Notes: generated by a model from the sequence alone, not told the origin. Positions 20,143 to 31,219 are shown, numbered from the stretch's first letter. The stretch is DNA of 64,000 bases from Chthonomonadia bacterium (GCA_013314755.1 JABUFA010000001.1:23594-87593), one strand, 5' to 3'. Made by a program: numbers and translations.

Positions 20143-21011
20143 CGGACGTGGAAGGAGGTTTTTCGGCAGTGGTTGTCCAACCTGAAGTGTCGATGCAGGA
20201 GGATGCATCTATGGCAACCGTTATGTTCCGGCGGCAGGAGGAGGTCACAGCACCACCTCAGCCGAAAATCAGCACGCGCAACCTGAACGTCTATTACGGC
20301 AGTTTCCATGCCATCAAGGATGTGAACCTGGACATCCTGCCCAATCATATCACCGCACTCATCGGTCCATCAGGCTGTGGAAAATCCACCTTCCTGCGCT
20401 GTCTCAACCGAATGAACGACCTGATTGAGGGAGCGCGTGTGGAAGGCTCAGTCACGCTGGACGGGGAAGAGGTGAACTCTCCGCGCACGGATGTGGTGGC
20501 ACTGCGGCGGCGCGTGGGAATGGTCTTCCAGCGTCCCAACCCGTTCCCCATGTCCATTTACGATAACGTAGCCTACGGTCCGCGCATCCACGGCATCCGC
20601 CGACGCTCGGTGCTGAACGAGATTGTGGAGCGCAGCCTCCGACAGGCAGCACTGTGGGACGAGGTGAAGGACAAGCTGAGGCAATCCGCGCTGGCGCTGT
20701 CGGGCGGACAACAGCAACGACTGTGCATCGCGCGCGTGCTGGCGGTGGAACCGGAAGTGCTGTTGATGGACGAACCTGCTTCGGCACTGGACCCAACCGC
20801 CACCTTCCGTATTGAAGAGCTGATGCAGGAGTTGAAGAGCCGCTATACCATCGTTATCGTCACGCACAACATGCAGCAGGCGGCGCGCGTCAGCCAGTTT
20901 ACCGGTTTCTTCTACAAAGGGGAACTGTATGAGTTTGGCGAAACTGCCAAGATATTCACCAACCCCGACCGACGCGAGACGGAAGACTACATCCGCGGAA
21001 GATTCGGCTAA
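20139..21011 (+). CDS. pstB: Phosphate ABC transporter ATP-binding protein
   Basis: Walker [13 protein letters not shown] signature LSGGQQQRL and Walker B LLMDEP. The N-terminal ~25 aa of the ORF-track model may be upstream extension. Confidence 0.9.
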   Translation: MTDVEGGFSAVVVQPEVSMQEDASMATVMFRRQEEVTAPPQPKISTRNLNVYYGSFHAIKDVNLDILPNHITALIGPSGCGKSTFLRCLNRMNDLIEGARVEGSVTLDGEEVNSPRTDVVALRRRVGMVFQRPNPFPMSIYDNVAYGPRIHGIRRRSVLNEIVERSLRQAALWDEVKDKLRQSALALSGGQQQRLCIARVLAVEPEVLLMDEPASALDPTATFRIEELMQELKSRYTIVIVTHNMQQAARVSQFTGFFYKGELYEFGETAKIFTNPDRRETEDYIRGRFG

Positions 21012-21034
21012 GCACCACGGGAGGTACCACGACG

Positions 21035-22597
21035 ATGACCAAACGCACGTTCCAGTTACTCACCCTGGCAGCATGGCTGATGCTGGCGATTACCCTGCAC
21101 GCCCAGCAGGTAGCCACCGGAGTCGTTTTCCACGACCAAAACCGCAACGGCGTGCGCGACCCAGCGGAGCCCGGTATCGCCAACGTGCTGGTTTCCAACC
21201 AGACCGAGGTCGTACGCACCGATAAGCAGGGGCGATACCGCCTGCCCGTCGGCGACGATACCATCCTGTTCGTCATCAAGCCGCGCGGCTGGCAGGTGAT
21301 GCTGAACGAAAACAATCTCCCTCAGCACTACTACATCCACAAACCGAACGGCTCACCGAAACTGCGCTTCCCTGGCGTGCCTCCAACGGGCGCACTGCCC
21401 GAATCGGTGGATTTCGCCCTCGTGCCTCAGCGTGAATCCGAGCGCTTCACCGCTGCCATCATGGGCGATACTCAGGCTCGAAACGTGCAGGAGGTATGGT
21501 ATCTTGCACATGACGTGATTCGGGAACTGATACCCAACCGGCAGATAGCCTTCGCCGCGGTACTGGGCGATATTGCCTTTGATGACCTCAGCGTCTACGA
21601 GCCGCTGAACGGCGTAATGGCGCAGATTGGCAGACCCTGGTACCCGGTGCTGGGCAACCACGACATGAACTACGACTCGCCGGATGACCAGTACAGCAAC
21701 GAGACCTTTGAGCGGACGTACGGACCCTCCTATTACGCCTTCGAGTGGGGCAGGGTGAGCTTTATCGTGCTGGACGATGTACAGTGGCAGGGTCAGCGCG
21801 ACGGTCAACCCGGGCGCTACACTGCCGGACTGGGCACGCAACAGCTGACCTTCATCCGCAACTACCTGCGCCACGTGCCCCGAAGCAACCTGGTGGTGCT
21901 GATGATGCATATTCCTCTGTGGGAACTGCCCGAGTCGGAGCGACAGCAGCTGTTTGAAGCGCTCGCGCCGTTCCGCAATACTCTTTCCTTCTCGGCGCAC
22001 ACGCATATCCAGACCCACCGCTTCTTCACGCGCGAGCAGGGCTGGAAAGGTGAACGCCCCCACCACCATGTGAACGCCGTCACCGCCTGCGGCAGCTGGT
22101 GGACCGGTGTGCCCGACCCAGTGGGCATCCCCCACACGACGATGCGTGACGGTGTACCCAACGGCTATCTGCTGGTGGAGTTCAGAGGCAATCAGTATAC
22201 CATCCGCTATAAACCGGCTCGCTATCCCGATGATTACCAGATGAACATCTACGTTCCCGACAGTGTACCCGCCGGCGAACTGGCAAACACGCGCGTGCTG
22301 GTAAACGTCTTCTTCGGTTCCGAGAGGTCGGTCGTGGAGATGCGAGTCGGCGAGAAGGGGGAGTGGATACCGCTGAAGCCCGTTCAGGAACCCGACCCCG
22401 CATACGCCGAAATGAAGAAGCTGGAGGAGCAGTACACCCTGCCCGGACGGCGGTTGCCCGGGCTGATGAACTCGCCGCACCTGTGGGCAGGCAACCTGCC
22501 TGCTAACCTGCCACGTGGAACGCATGTGCTGACTGTGCGCACGCGAGACATGTTCGGGCAGGAGTGGCATGACCGCCGGGTCTTTACCGTAAAATAA
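21035..22597 (+). CDS. Secreted calcineurin-like metallophosphoesterase with N-terminal SdrD-B/Cna-B-like domain (probable Pho-regulon phosphatase)
   Basis: Signal peptide, then GDTQ, LGDIAFDD and GNHD metallophosphatase motifs. Lies between pstB and phoU. Confidence 0.7.
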   Translation: MTKRTFQLLTLAAWLMLAITLHAQQVATGVVFHDQNRNGVRDPAEPGIANVLVSNQTEVVRTDKQGRYRLPVGDDTILFVIKPRGWQVMLNENNLPQHYYIHKPNGSPKLRFPGVPPTGALPESVDFALVPQRESERFTAAIMGDTQARNVQEVWYLAHDVIRELIPNRQIAFAAVLGDIAFDDLSVYEPLNGVMAQIGRPWYPVLGNHDMNYDSPDDQYSNETFERTYGPSYYAFEWGRVSFIVLDDVQWQGQRDGQPGRYTAGLGTQQLTFIRNYLRHVPRSNLVVLMMHIPLWELPESERQQLFEALAPFRNTLSFSAHTHIQTHRFFTREQGWKGERPHHHVNAVTACGSWWTGVPDPVGIPHTTMRDGVPNGYLLVEFRGNQYTIRYKPARYPDDYQMNIYVPDSVPAGELANTRVLVNVFFGSERSVVEMRVGEKGEWIPLKPVQEPDPAYAEMKKLEEQYTLPGRRLPGLMNSPHLWAGNLPANLPRGTHVLTVRTRDMFGQEWHDRRVFTVK

Positions 22598-22706
22598 ACC
22601 GAAAATCGCATTTGTTGCAACTTTGGGAGCTCCTGAACCTGTATGGAATAATGTATAATGATACCAATAATGCAAAAGCGAAGCAGGAAGGAGCAATCTG
22701 TCTGCG

Positions 22707-23426
22707 ATGACCGTCGTACGCCATGCTTTTGATGAAGAGCTTCAGCTGCTCCAGGACGAACTGCTTGCGATGGGCAGTTACGTGGAGCAGATGCTGGACC
22801 ATGCCGTGCAGTCACTGTGTAATCGCGATGAAGAGCTGGCTAAGGAGATAGTGCGTCGGGACGACGTGGTGGACGAGATGGACGTGAACATCGAAATGCA
22901 CTGTCTGCGCCTGCTGGCTCTTCAGCAACCGATGGCACGCGACCTGCGCCTGATCGGCACCGTGCTGAAAACCATTACCGACCTCGAACGTATCGGCGAC
23001 CACTCGGTGGACATCGCCAAAGCGGCTATCCAGCTCAAGGACTATCCGAACATCATCCAGCTGGTGGACGTGCCCCTGATGAAAGAGAAGGTGTGTGCGA
23101 TGATACGCGGGGGGCTGGACTCGTTCACCAAACACGACCTGGAGATGGCGTACGACGTGTGCGATATGGACAACGAAGTGGACAAGCTCTATCGGCGGAT
23201 GCGCCGCGCCATCATCGCTGCCATGCAGATAAACCCCACCAATCTGGAAGCCTCCACGCTGATGCTGCTGGTCATCTACTATCTGGAACGGTGCGCCGAC
23301 CATGCGGTGAACGTGGCGGAGCGGGTGGTGTTTGTGGAGACCGGCGTTTTGCGCCAGCTCGCCGCCAGCCACAGCGGCACCTGGACCCCCGAAGAGAACG
23401 GGGATAACAACTCCTCTGAGCCATGA
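22707..23426 (+). CDS. phoU: Phosphate signalling complex protein PhoU
   Basis: 239 aa with two PhoU repeats (E..VD..E and D..D motifs). Confidence 0.9.
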   Translation: MTVVRHAFDEELQLLQDELLAMGSYVEQMLDHAVQSLCNRDEELAKEIVRRDDVVDEMDVNIEMHCLRLLALQQPMARDLRLIGTVLKTITDLERIGDHSVDIAKAAIQLKDYPNIIQLVDVPLMKEKVCAMIRGGLDSFTKHDLEMAYDVCDMDNEVDKLYRRMRRAIIAAMQINPTNLEASTLMLLVIYYLERCADHAVNVAERVVFVETGVLRQLAASHSGTWTPEENGDNNSSEP

Positions 23427-24100
23427 GTGTGGACATCGCGCACAACGTTGCAGAAGTGCGTGAGCGAATCGCCCGCGCATGTGCCCGCGCCGGGCGCAAC
23501 CCTGAGGAGATTATTCTTATCGCGGTGTCGAAAACGGTGGACGTCGCACGCATCGAACAGGCTATCCTTGCAGGAATCAACCATTTTGGGGAGAATTACT
23601 ATCAAGAAGCGCGCGAGAAAATCCCTGCTATCCACGCTCCGGTACACTGGCATTTCATTGGGCATCTGCAGAAGAACAAAGCGCGAGGGGTGGTGCCGCT
23701 TTTCGAGTGGATACATACGGTGGACGACCTCGAGCTGGCACAGGAGATTGACCGACGGGCGCAGGCAGCAGGCAAGCAACAGCGGGTGCTGATTGAGGTC
23801 AACATCGCCCGGGAGCCTCAGAAGTACGGGGTTCCTCCGGAAGAGGCGTTATCGCTGGCGGAGCGGATAGCACAGTTGCCGAACGTGCGACTGGAGGGCT
23901 TCATGGGCATGGCGCCGATAGTGGAACAGGCAGAGCAGGCACGCCCCTATTTTGCCGAACTGCGTCGCCTGTTCGAGCAGTTGCCCAGAGCCAACCGGGT
24001 GCATCTTTCTATGGGCATGACGCAGGATTTTGAGGTGGCGATTGAAGAGGGCGCCACAATGGTGAGAATCGGCACGGCGATTTTCGGTGCGCGTGTGTGA
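23423..24100 (+). CDS. yggS: YggS/PLPHP family pyridoxal-phosphate homeostasis protein
   Basis: AVSKT lysine region, HFIGHLQ.NK and GMT.D motifs. Classic partner of sepF. Confidence 0.85.
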   Translation: MSVDIAHNVAEVRERIARACARAGRNPEEIILIAVSKTVDVARIEQAILAGINHFGENYYQEAREKIPAIHAPVHWHFIGHLQKNKARGVVPLFEWIHTVDDLELAQEIDRRAQAAGKQQRVLIEVNIAREPQKYGVPPEEALSLAERIAQLPNVRLEGFMGMAPIVEQAEQARPYFAELRRLFEQLPRANRVHLSMGMTQDFEVAIEEGATMVRIGTAIFGARV

Positions 24101-24113
24101 GGAGGGTGAAACG

Positions 24114-24521
24114 GTGCAGAGTGCGTTTGAGGAAGAGGAAGGTCGTTCGTGGTGGTCCCGGCTGCGCGAGAGGCTGTTTGGAGCAGGTGAAGACGAAGAG
24201 GAAGACGGCGGCACGGTTATTCGCCTGCACGCGCGGGCAGCACACCATGTCAACGTACTGTACGCGCGCACGATGGAGGACGCCAAACGCGCGGCGGATG
24301 GCTTGAAGGCGGGGCATCAACAGGTGGTAAACTTCCAGTATGCCGAGGGGCGTGTGCGCGAGCGCATTATTGACTTCCTGATGGGCGTGGTGTACGCGCT
24401 GGAGGGCACGGTGGAACGTGTGCATGAGCAGGTGTTCTTGTTTGCGCCCGCCAGTGTGCAGGTTGAGACCACCCACATCGACGATTTTCACAACGGGTCA
24501 TGGAGTGAGCGCGAACGGTGA
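24114..24521 (+). CDS. sepF: Cell division protein SepF
   Basis: C-terminal SepF domain (VNVLYARTMEDAKRAADGLKAGHQQVVNF). An N-terminal amphipathic WWSRLRERLFG helix implies a GTG start near 24114 with GGAGGG RBS, rather than the ORF-track 24087. Confidence 0.75.
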   Translation: MQSAFEEEEGRSWWSRLRERLFGAGEDEEEDGGTVIRLHARAAHHVNVLYARTMEDAKRAADGLKAGHQQVVNFQYAEGRVRERIIDFLMGVVYALEGTVERVHEQVFLFAPASVQVETTHIDDFHNGSWSERER

Positions 24522-25330
24522 GTCTGCAGGGCAAAGTCATTGCTGTCATTGGCACGGGGGCGATGGGTTCCGCCACCTGTCGCGGGCTGTTGAAGGCGAA
24601 CGCGGTGGAGCCTGAGCAACTCATCGCCACCGATGTGCATCACGAAAAGGTGGAGGCGCTGGTCAGAGAACTGGGCATCCGCTCGGCGGGGTCGAACGTG
24701 GAAGCGGCTCGGCAGGCGGATATCGTGATGCTGTGCGTGAAACCGTATCTGATTCACGATGTGGTGGAGGAGATTGCCCCCGCTATCACACCTGAAAAGC
24801 TGATTATCTCCATCGCGGCGGGCATTCCCATCGCGCGGATTGAAGACCTGCTACCTCCCGGCACGCCGGTGATTCGCGCCATGCCGAACACCTGCGCCAT
24901 TGTCGGGGCAGGCGCCGCCGCCTATTCGCGGGGACGTTATGCTACCGAACAACACGCCGCCGCCGCGCACGAGATTTTCACCTCTTTTGGCGAAGCGGTG
25001 GAGGTGGAGGAGCACCTGCTGAACGCCGTCACCGCCATCAGCGGCAGCGGTCCCGCCTACGCTTACCTGATGATTGAGGCGCTGTCTGACGGTGGCGTTC
25101 GTGCAGGACTTCCGCGCGACATCGCCACGTTTCTGGCAGCGCAGACCCTGCTGGGCGCGGCGAAGATGGTGCTGGAGACGGGGATGCATCCCGCCCAGCT
25201 GAAAGACATGGTGACCACCCCTGCGGGCACTACCATCGCCGCGCTGGTGGTGATGGAGCGGGCGGGAGTGCGCTCGGCGTTAATTGAAGCCGTCGCTGCG
25301 GCCATCGAACGGGCGAACGAGCTTTCGTAA
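24518..25330 (+). CDS. proC: Pyrroline-5-carboxylate reductase
   Basis: Rossmann IAVIGTGAMG and a C-terminal P5CR dimerisation domain (AISGSGPAY...PAGTTIAAL). Confidence 0.9.
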   Translation: MSLQGKVIAVIGTGAMGSATCRGLLKANAVEPEQLIATDVHHEKVEALVRELGIRSAGSNVEAARQADIVMLCVKPYLIHDVVEEIAPAITPEKLIISIAAGIPIARIEDLLPPGTPVIRAMPNTCAIVGAGAAAYSRGRYATEQHAAAAHEIFTSFGEAVEVEEHLLNAVTAISGSGPAYAYLMIEALSDGGVRAGLPRDIATFLAAQTLLGAAKMVLETGMHPAQLKDMVTTPAGTTIAALVVMERAGVRSALIEAVAAAIERANELS

Positions 25331-25355
25331 AGGACACCCAGTCAGAGAGGAGTGG

Positions 25356-26051
25356 CTATCCGTCACCTGCTCTCTGCCTGATGTCCTCCTCGCGACAGGG
25401 TCGCCAGTTCGTACAGAAGTCGGAATGAAAGCTGGGCAAACAGAATTGGTCTGTGAAAAGTAACCAGAAAGCCTCCCCAAATCCGACTCGCTTGCCCTCG
25501 GAGTCGTAGCGGCAGATGGGGTAATAACTTGCCGGATGCACGGAGCCGTCCAGATGGACGCGCAAAAGGGCACGACGTCCCCAACAGATAATTCCCTCTG
25601 GAGAGCCATTGATATAAGGGTTCCTACAGTTTTCATGCAACGTGCAGGCGAACAGTCCTGGGTTACTATCTACTTTGAGGATATCTTCGGCAATCGTGCG
25701 CTTGAGATAAAAATAACTGGTTGGGTATTGCATATCTTCCTGAAAGACCCCATCTTCGGCTGGATCCAGAGGACATATCCACACAGAGCGGTTTTTGACA
25801 TATGGGGCAAGGTTCTCCGTTCTGGGCGCCCAGGTGGCCAAATCGCCTGACGAGCCGTTGTAATCGCCCAGGTAAAGCGACCACGCCACATGCAGCTGCC
25901 GCAATTGAGAGGCGCATACCGATTTTTTCGCAGCGCGACGTGCGCTGGATACCACCGGCATCAGCAGGGCTGCCAGCAAAGAAATAATCAGGATCACGAT
26001 CAGTATCTCCAAAAGTGTCCACCCACGTGCCCGTTCCCGCATCGGAATCAT
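25356..26051 (-). CDS. Prepilin-type N-terminal cleavage/methylation domain protein (divergent H-X9-DG family)
   Basis: N-terminus RGWTLLEILIVILIISLLAALLMPV is a canonical G-WTLLE prepilin peptidase site. The C-terminal motif has degenerated. Confidence 0.7.
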   Translation of the reverse strand: MIPMRERARGWTLLEILIVILIISLLAALLMPVVSSARRAAKKSVCASQLRQLHVAWSLYLGDYNGSSGDLATWAPRTENLAPYVKNRSVWICPLDPAEDGVFQEDMQYPTSYFYLKRTIAEDILKVDSNPGLFACTLHENCRNPYINGSPEGIICWGRRALLRVHLDGSVHPASYYPICRYDSEGKRVGFGEAFWLLFTDQFCLPSFHSDFCTNWRPCREEDIRQRAGDG

Positions 26052-26055
26052 CTCC

Positions 26056-26493
26056 TTACAGGTCTTTGATGTTGTTCAGCCCTATGGCAACAAAGTAAGT
26101 AGCGACCACATATATACCCATCCCAACCAACTGCGCCAACATTAGAACAGAATCCATCACCAGCTTCTGCGGATGAATGAGCCTGTCGAGATTGGGAAAC
26201 AGAAATGCAAACAGAAAATATATCACCAGAAACGTGGTCAATTTCTTCTGTCTCACAGTGTCTGTTGTTGTAAGGAGGAGATAGATGCCTGCTGAGAGCG
26301 GTACAGCCAGTATCCATATCAGCAACCACTCATACCAGTGGGCAGGCAGGCGGGTATATTCTCCTATTGGCGTGCCAAGTACCAGCGAGAACAAGAGCAT
26401 GGATAACGCGACACACGCCCAGAGTAGCAGAGGCGGAAGCACCGCCAGCACCACCCAAATGGACACTTCTCGCTGTCGTTGCATGCTGTTCAC
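26056..26493 (-). CDS. Polytopic membrane protein (hypothetical)
   Basis: Four predicted TM helices and no recognisable motif. 5-nt gap to the pilin-like gene downstream on the same strand. Confidence 0.4.
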   Translation of the reverse strand: MNSMQRQREVSIWVVLAVLPPLLLWACVALSMLLFSLVLGTPIGEYTRLPAHWYEWLLIWILAVPLSAGIYLLLTTTDTVRQKKLTTFLVIYFLFAFLFPNLDRLIHPQKLVMDSVLMLAQLVGMGIYVVATYFVAIGLNNIKDL

Positions 26494-26629
26494 CTCGTGG
26501 CGGGGAGGTGTTCCTGATTTTGGGCTTCAGTCTTTGTTAGAAAGCTTAGTTACTATTGAAGACGATTCCTGCCTAAAAACGAGACTATGCATCTTTCTTG
26601 CGCCAGTCGGTGCTAAACGAATATCAGGC

Positions 26630-26830
26630 GGTTTTTGAACGACGGCTCGGCGGGAGCCTCGCCCTTCAGGGATGAAGAACCCCTCTCCCGACCTCTCCCC
26701 GACGCGGGGAGAGGTGAATCTCCCCTTCCCTCGCAGGGAATGGGCTGGGGGATAGGTCCCGTCCTTGAACCCCTCTCCCGACCTCTCCCCGACGCGGGGA
26801 GAGGTGATGCGCCCTGCGAGTTAGACTTCC
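26630..26830. repeat. Mosaic REP-like hairpin repeat cluster (two identical 41-bp units at 26677-26717 and 26767-26807, each containing palindrome CCTCTCCCCgacgcGGGGAGAGG)
   Basis: Direct read. Same units recur at 49.9-50.05 kb and 56.37-56.47 kb. Also contains CCTTCCCTcgcAGGGAAtGG, which is shared with 52.05 kb. Confidence 0.85.
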
Positions 26831-26893
26831 CTTAAACTCCGTTCCTCCTGCACATCGGGTATACTAGTACCAACCTACCTGAAGGAGAGCGCT

Positions 26894-27148
26894 ATGTGTC
26901 TGGCGATACCGGGACAGATATTGAGCATATCCGGCGATGACCCCCTTACCCGCACGGGCAGGGTGAGCTTTGGAGGCATCGTGAAAGAGGTCAACCTGGC
27001 TTATGTGCCCGAAGCGAAGGTGGGTGACTACGTGATTGTGCACGTGGGGTTTGCCATCAGCATTGTGGACGAGAAGGAAGCACAGGAGGTCTTCGAATAC
27101 CTGCGCCAGATGGAAGAACTGGGCGAACTGCAGGAGCAGGCAACATGA
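26894..27148 (+). CDS. hypC: [NiFe]-hydrogenase maturation factor HypC
   Basis: 84 aa beginning MCLAIP, the invariant HypC N-terminus. Confidence 0.9.
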   Translation: MCLAIPGQILSISGDDPLTRTGRVSFGGIVKEVNLAYVPEAKVGDYVIVHVGFAISIVDEKEAQEVFEYLRQMEELGELQEQAT

Positions 27149-28245
27149 GGTTTATCGAGGAGTACCGCGACCCCGAATCCGCCAAACGCCTTGCGGAAGC
27201 CATCCACAAAACCGTCACCCGCCCATGGACAATCATGGAAATCTGCGGTGGGCAGACGCACGCCATCATGAAGTTCGGCATCGATGAGCTCCTGCCGCCC
27301 CAGATAACGCTGTTACACGGTCCGGGCTGTCCGGTGTGTGTAACTCCCGTGGAGCTGATTGATAAAGCAGTGGAGCTGGCGTCGCGCCCGGAGGTCATTT
27401 TCTGTTCCTTTGGGGACATGCTGCGCGTGCCGGGCACGAGCAAGGACCTGCTTTCCGTGAAGGCAGAGGGTGGGGATGTGCGCATCGTGTACTCGCCCTT
27501 GGACGCCCTGCAGCTGGCAATCAAAAACCCCGACCGACAGGTGGTCTTCTTTGCGGTGGGCTTCGAGACGACTGCGCCCGCCAACGCGATGGCGGTCTAT
27601 CAGGCGAAGCAGAAAGGGGTGCAGAACTTCTCTATTCTGGTCTCGCATGTGCTGGTTCCCCCTGCGATTGAAGCCATCCTGCGTTCCCCCACCTGCCGTG
27701 TACAGGGCTTTCTGGCAGCAGGGCATGTCTGCACCGTCATGGGCTACACCGAGTACGAGCCGATTGCGCAACGGTATCATGTGCCCATCGTGGTCACGGG
27801 TTTTGAACCGCTGGACATCCTGCAGGGCGTGTACATGTGCGTGAGGCAGCTGGAGGAGGGGCGAGCGGAGGTGGAAAATCAGTATGTGCGCTCCGTACGG
27901 CGTGAGGGTAACCGCCCGGCGCAGGAGCTGATTCGCGAGGTGTTCGAGGTCGTTCCGCGCAAGTGGCGAGGCATCGGCGAGATACCGCAAAGCGGGCTGG
28001 GCTTGCGCGAGCCGTATCAGCAGTTCGACGCCGAAAGACGCTTTGCCCTGAGCACAGGCAGTGTGGAAGAGGCTTCAGAGTGCATCAGCGGCCTGGTTCT
28101 TCAAGGAGTCAAAAAGCCACCCGAGTGTCCCGCTTTCGGCACGCGCTGCACCCCCGAACACCCGTTAGGCGCAACGATGGTCTCTTCGGAAGGCGCGTGC
28201 GCCGCCTACTTCAAATACCGGCGAGGCGTTCAGGCAGCGCGTTGA
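27145..28245 (+). CDS. hypD: [NiFe]-hydrogenase maturation factor HypD
   Basis: CGxH, GPGCPVC and FxPxH-type HypD motifs ([24 protein letters not shown]). Confidence 0.9.
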   Translation: MRFIEEYRDPESAKRLAEAIHKTVTRPWTIMEICGGQTHAIMKFGIDELLPPQITLLHGPGCPVCVTPVELIDKAVELASRPEVIFCSFGDMLRVPGTSKDLLSVKAEGGDVRIVYSPLDALQLAIKNPDRQVVFFAVGFETTAPANAMAVYQAKQKGVQNFSILVSHVLVPPAIEAILRSPTCRVQGFLAAGHVCTVMGYTEYEPIAQRYHVPIVVTGFEPLDILQGVYMCVRQLEEGRAEVENQYVRSVRREGNRPAQELIREVFEVVPRKWRGIGEIPQSGLGLREPYQQFDAERRFALSTGSVEEASECISGLVLQGVKKPPECPAFGTRCTPEHPLGATMVSSEGACAAYFKYRRGVQAAR

Positions 28246-29969
28246 ACCCCTGCCAGATGGTCGTCAAACGTCCGCACGAACTCTCGCCCGCAAGCCATCA
28301 GCTGATGCAGTAGCTGGGGTTCTGGCTGGCTGTGCAGCTGTTCGCACAGCGCATGGAACCGCGCATGACACTCTGCAGATGTCTCAAGATACGGGCACGC
28401 CGGCACGGCGCTTTGCTGAGCCTGTTCCAGCCACACGCGAAACCGACAACCCTCTTCCGTCGGCACGTCCAGCGGCGTACGTCCCGCCACAAACGCTTTC
28501 GCCCGCCGCGTCATCTGCAGGTGGTCGTAAACAATCTGGCTGATGACCTGCTGGATAGCGTAGCCGCCGTGGTCGTGTATGGCGTTCTGCACACGCTCCT
28601 GCCACACTTCCGGGGCGATTTCGGTAATCAGCACGCCTGCCTCCTGCGCGTGGGTAGCACGGTTCCGCCCGTTGCGCTTGGAAACATACAGCGACTGGTC
28701 CGCCTCTTCCACCAGCGACTCGGGGTTCAGGGTGTGCAGGGCAACGCTGGCAACTCCAAGGCTGACCGTAATCGGTTGATAACAGCAGGGGGTGCTTTCC
28801 ACCGCCCGCCGGACCTGCTCGGCAAAGCCCATCGCCTGTGTGGCGTCCAGACCGGGTAAGATGACCGTGAACTCCTCGCCGCCATAACGTGCGCAGAAAA
28901 ACTCCTCGCCGCACTGCTCAAGCAGGACATGCGCCACTTTGCGAAGCACCTCGTCGCCCGCCTGGTGACCGAAGGTATCGTTGAACCGCTTGAAATGGTC
29001 AACGTCCAGCAGGATAAGGGAGAGGGGTGCATCCTGCTCCAGCGACCAGAGGAACTCGCGCCACAGTCGCTGGCGAAAAACCCGATGGTTTGGCAGTCCG
29101 GTCATCGCATCGGTCGCTGCCATCATCTCCAGCTCGGCGTTAACCTGCGCCAGCCGCTGGGTGAGCTGCTGAAGGTTTTCGTTTTGCGCCTCCAGCTCCT
29201 CGCGCTGTGCCTCGATAATTTCCTCCTGCTGTTTCCGAGCGGTGATGTCCACATTCGCGCTGATCGCTCTCCAAACCGCTCCACTGGGGTCGACAAGCGG
29301 AAAGGTGCTGCACAGCACCCATCTCTCCTCGCCGTCTCTGGTGCGGTCTTTCCACTCGATATTGCGCACAGCACGCCCCGAAAAGACCTCTTCAATTACC
29401 TGCCGGGTGCGCGGGGCATCTTCGGGGCGGCAGATGAGATCGTAAACACTGCGTCCGATGGCTTCTTCGGCGCGGTAACCGTAAAGGCGCTCCGCCTCCC
29501 GGTTCCACTCGTGCACCACGCCGTCGCGGTCGTAGGTGAAGCAGGCGACGGACATCTCCTGGAACAGCTGCGTCATGTAGCTGAGGGCTCGCTCCTGCTC
29601 GCGCAGGGCGGTCTGTAACTGCTCCGTGCGCTCCGCGACCAGGTCCTCCAGGTGCTGGCTGTAGCGGCGCAGCTTCGCGGTTGTGTTCTGAGCCAGCCAC
29701 ACCGTCAACACCACGAACACACTGCCGAACAGAAACACCTGCGAGACTATCGCCTGCAGCCAGTTGATATGGTCTGCCAGTATCGCCCAGATGCTGAACA
29801 GATACCCCAGCAGGAAAAAGGTCATCAGCACCATCAGAATCCTCAACAGGGTGCAATACCCGGCTGCTTGCACCGCCTGGCGCATCCCCCAGGCGCGGCG
29901 GATGGAAACAAACATCAGCCCTGCGCCAATGCTGATACCGATAACGTCTATGAGCTCTTTAAAAGACAT
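28230..29969 (-). CDS. Membrane-anchored sensor diguanylate cyclase: TM - coiled coil - PAS - GGDEF (GGEEF) - C-terminal CZB-like zinc-binding domain
   Basis: GGDEF domain with RYGGEEF and the DxLTGL-like motif [11 protein letters not shown] segment ([32 protein letters not shown]). The C-terminal YDHLQM...[12 protein letters not shown]...C...H...H..C resembles the chemoreceptor zinc-binding (CZB) motif; this is a domain call from memory. Confidence 0.75.
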   Translation of the reverse strand: MSFKELIDVIGISIGAGLMFVSIRRAWGMRQAVQAAGYCTLLRILMVLMTFFLLGYLFSIWAILADHINWLQAIVSQVFLFGSVFVVLTVWLAQNTTAKLRRYSQHLEDLVAERTEQLQTALREQERALSYMTQLFQEMSVACFTYDRDGVVHEWNREAERLYGYRAEEAIGRSVYDLICRPEDAPRTRQVIEEVFSGRAVRNIEWKDRTRDGEERWVLCSTFPLVDPSGAVWRAISANVDITARKQQEEIIEAQREELEAQNENLQQLTQRLAQVNAELEMMAATDAMTGLPNHRVFRQRLWREFLWSLEQDAPLSLILLDVDHFKRFNDTFGHQAGDEVLRKVAHVLLEQCGEEFFCARYGGEEFTVILPGLDATQAMGFAEQVRRAVESTPCCYQPITVSLGVASVALHTLNPESLVEEADQSLYVSKRNGRNRATHAQEAGVLITEIAPEVWQERVQNAIHDHGGYAIQQVISQIVYDHLQMTRRAKAFVAGRTPLDVPTEEGCRFRVWLEQAQQSAVPACPYLETSAECHARFHALCEQLHSQPEPQLLHQLMACGREFVRTFDDHLAGVQRAA

Positions 29970-30128
29970 ACTGTATGCACCTCTTCCGGACCGGCAGGAG
30001 ATATATCTTGCGTTCTATAGCACAACACCTCGTTAATAATAATCGGTATCACATAGTGGAGGCTGAAGGGCAGGATAAGGGCGAGACGGCGCGGAAATAG
30101 CATATACGTAAATCTGGGAGGCACACGG

Positions 30129-31193
30129 GTGGACCAGCAGATGGCGTCCGATAGTTTTGCTCTTTCCTGTCCCATCCCCATCCAGCAATATCCAGCAATC
30201 GTGATGGCTCATGGCGGGGGCGGCAGGCTGATGCATCAGCTGATTGAAAAGATGTTTGTTGCCACCTTTGCCAGCAGTGCCCTGAGCCAGCGACACGACA
30301 GCGCACAGATGGAACTGCCCGCGGGACGCCTCGCCTTCACCACCGACTCCTATGTGGTGCGTCCGCTCTTCTTTCCGGGCGGAGACATTGGCAAGCTGGC
30401 GGTATACGGCACGGTCAACGACCTCGCGATGAGCGGCGCACGTCCCCTGTACCTCAGCCTAGGCATGATTCTGGAAGAGGGTCTGCCGATGGAGACGCTG
30501 TGGCAGGTGGTGCTCTCTATCGCGCAGGCGGTGCGGAAAACGGGCGTGCAGATTGTCACCGGCGATACGAAGGTGGTGGACCGGGGCAAAGGTGATGGCA
30601 TCTTCCTGAACACGTCGGGCGTGGGCGTGATAGAACACGACCTGACCATCGCACCACAGGCGGTGCGGGCGGGCGATGCGGTCATCCTCAGCGGCGACAT
30701 CGGGCGCCACGGCATCGCGGTGATGGCGGTGCGTGAAGGGCTGGAGTTTGAAAGCGCCATTGAAAGCGACTGCGCGCCTCTGGCGGAGCCGGTGCTGGCG
30801 CTGATTGGGGAAGGCATAGAGGTACGCTGTCTGCGCGACCTCACGCGCGGCGGTCTGGCAAGTGCGGTCGTTGAGATTGCCGAGGCGGCGAGGGTGCAGA
30901 TACTGCTGGAAGAGGCGCGCATCCCCGTGCGCGAAGACGTGCGCGGCGCCTGCGAGATACTCGGTTTTGACCCCCTCTATGTCGCCAACGAGGGGCGATT
31001 CGTGGCGTTCGTGCCGGCGGAACAGGCAGAACGGGCGGTGCAAACACTGAGGCGGTTCCCTGCGTGCGAGGGGGCGACGGTGGTGGGGGAGGTCAGCCGC
31101 GCCGACGAAGGGACGGTTATCCTGCGCAGCGTCATCGGCACGTCGCGCGTGGTGGACATGCTCAGCGGCGAACAGTTACCCCGGATATGTTGA
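30129..31193 (+). CDS. hypE: [NiFe]-hydrogenase maturation factor HypE (carbamoyl dehydratase)
   Basis: PurM-like fold motifs, an N-terminal CPIP motif and the C-terminal invariant …PRIC cysteine tail. Confidence 0.9.
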   Translation: MDQQMASDSFALSCPIPIQQYPAIVMAHGGGGRLMHQLIEKMFVATFASSALSQRHDSAQMELPAGRLAFTTDSYVVRPLFFPGGDIGKLAVYGTVNDLAMSGARPLYLSLGMILEEGLPMETLWQVVLSIAQAVRKTGVQIVTGDTKVVDRGKGDGIFLNTSGVGVIEHDLTIAPQAVRAGDAVILSGDIGRHGIAVMAVREGLEFESAIESDCAPLAEPVLALIGEGIEVRCLRDLTRGGLASAVVEIAEAARVQILLEEARIPVREDVRGACEILGFDPLYVANEGRFVAFVPAEQAERAVQTLRRFPACEGATVVGEVSRADEGTVILRSVIGTSRVVDMLSGEQLPRIC

Positions 31194-31219
31194 GGCAACA
31201 ACACAAAAGGAGGAACGCG

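Noticed and set aside
26635-26835. 66-aa ORF with repeated RPLPDAGRGE peptide (and similar ORFs at 49614-49973, 49807-50094)
   Set aside because: The reading frames are generated by the palindromic REP-like repeats (CCTCTCCCCgacgcGGGGAGAGG). The repeats are intergenic, occur in both orientations and have no RBS or start context.
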